Below are positions 62,888-64,000 of a stretch of 64,000 bases of DNA, in pieces. The stretch comes from an uncultured bacterium (lineage in GTDB: Bacteria > Verrucomicrobiota > Verrucomicrobiia > Limisphaerales > UBA8199). The stretch lies in assembly GCA_963749495.1 (NCBI GenBank), contig CAVVMW010000010.1, positions 448,001-512,000 on the forward strand, given 5' to 3'. Under the pieces are notes generated by a model. That model worked only from the letters and a program-made list of their open reading frames with translations, did not search any database and was not told the DNA's origin. The translations under genes and the position numbers were made by a program. The number at the start of each line of letters is the position of its first letter. Position 1 is the stretch's first letter.

Positions 62888-63400
62888 ATGAACGCGCACC
62901 CAGGAGAACCGTCGTTTTTGACGCACATCATTGGTTATGACGACAGTGATGAACGCCTCAAACTGGAGAAAAGCATTGCGCAGGCTCAGCGTGACGGGCG
63001 CTGTGTTCAACGCTTCGCATCGGTGATGGCCCTGTTCCCCTTGGTGGCGATAGCTGGCGTTGGATATGAAACGATGTTGCAGAAGAATTTTCCTTACGAC
63101 GGGTCTCACCCTGGGATTAGGGTTCTTTGCGAGATTGGCCTGGCATCGCTGATTTGCCTGGCGGCCTTCGCGGGTCTCTTGACGGGCTATCGCAAGAAGT
63201 TGAACCGCTTGCGGGGGGAATGCCGCCAGTTGGTCGCAAGACTCCAGGATCCGGACTTGGTCGAGCCCGACACCGGAACGTTGCCAGGCAGCGATCCAGG
63301 ATCCGACGCCCCTGGAGCTTTCGAAGGCGCAGCGGAAGTCATTGGTTGTGATGGCAGTCTCGACTCACCCTCCTGGCGCTCCAACAGACTTTGTGGGTAA
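62888..63400 (+). CDS. Hypothetical membrane protein (2 TM)
   Basis: YDDSDERLKLEKSIAQAQRD.RCV, two hydrophobic segments. Confidence 0.6.
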   Translation: MNAHPGEPSFLTHIIGYDDSDERLKLEKSIAQAQRDGRCVQRFASVMALFPLVAIAGVGYETMLQKNFPYDGSHPGIRVLCEIGLASLICLAAFAGLLTGYRKKLNRLRGECRQLVARLQDPDLVEPDTGTLPGSDPGSDAPGAFEGAAEVIGCDGSLDSPSWRSNRLCG

Positions 63401-63628
63401 TTGGGGGGATTTGGCCAGTGTTACCTCTGGATTGATGAGGTGGAGACCTCGGCGGCTCCGTTTTTCGGCTTCGTCCCGGGCGTATCGGGGACTTCCCCGA
63501 TAGACAGCTTGGATCAAACGCCCGATACTAGCCGTGGGTTGTGGGGCCGCCGACGAACGACCAAAAGCGCGGTTGGCCCGTCGCAACCGCAGGCCGCCTT
63601 GATGCCGGCGGATGAATTCGGACAGACT

Positions 63629-64000
63629 ATGAAACGCAAAGTGAACGCATTGTCAGGACGATACCTGGCCGCGTTGCGAAAGCACCTGGAGCAAACCCCG
63701 CGGGCCAGCCTGGAACCGGCGCGGGAGCTGGGACGCCAGGCCGTGGCCATCGGGCTGAAGACGCTGGACATGGCCAGGATTCACGAGCGAGCACTCGACG
63801 CGCTGCGAGCATCCGCCAGCAAAGATGGGCTCATGGAGCGGGCGGACATTTTCTTTATGGAGACCACCACGCCGATCGAGGACACGCATCGCGCCGCGCT
63901 CAAGGCCAGCGCCTGCTTGAACCGGCTGAACAAGATGCTCGGCCAGCGCACCACGGACCTGGCTGCCTCCAACCGGTCCTTGAAACAGGGAATCGCCCAG
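63629..64000 (+). CDS. RsbU N-terminal-like domain protein (probable kinase/phosphatase), partial
   Basis: Manual translation MKRKVNALSGRYLAALRKHL...ARELGRQAVAIGLKTLDMARIHERAL...coiled coil; open at window end. Confidence 0.7.
   Translation, partial: MKRKVNALSGRYLAALRKHLEQTPRASLEPARELGRQAVAIGLKTLDMARIHERALDALRASASKDGLMERADIFFMETTTPIEDTHRAALKASACLNRLNKMLGQRTTDLAASNRSLKQGIAQ

Overview
GC-rich bacterial chromosomal segment, probably a Verrucomicrobiota (Pedosphaera/Limisphaera-like) genome. This is inferred from the prepilin-type H-X9-DG protein, BspA-like LRR protein and several secreted proteins ending in an 'RFYR' tail. Left to right: (i) a minus-strand operon mvhD-like - metF - two GltB FMN-domain genes - GltB amidotransferase/GXGXG gene - hdrC - hdrB, running off the window; (ii) a creatininase-MFS-enolase catabolic locus split by a ~7.2 kb insert bounded by a 66-bp direct repeat, carrying a DUF5372-type element remnant, a disrupted LRR gene, a secreted metzincin-like protein and a RAYT-type Y1 transposase; (iii) secreted Ig-domain, AraC, prepilin and sugar-utilisation genes; (iv) a CHASE3 kinase / hybrid kinase / sigma-54 activator cluster; (v) a ~23 kb stress/fermentation island (VIT1, an HpnP-like hopanoid C-2 methylase, xfp, ackA, glgP, cls, yqjDEK-like, Hsp20). 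The island is riddled with deletion scars (N-ATPase atpD::atpG fusion, glgB, mgtA, AI-2E) and carries five sigma-54 promoter modules with paired TGCA-N3-TGCA enhancer boxes, four of them near-identical in spacing. At least seven families of REP-like palindromes occur, some inserted in frame in proteins. Nine single-base frameshifts, eight in homopolymers, are probably sequencing errors. No rRNA, tRNA or CRISPR array was seen. All product calls come from motif recognition by eye; no database search was run.
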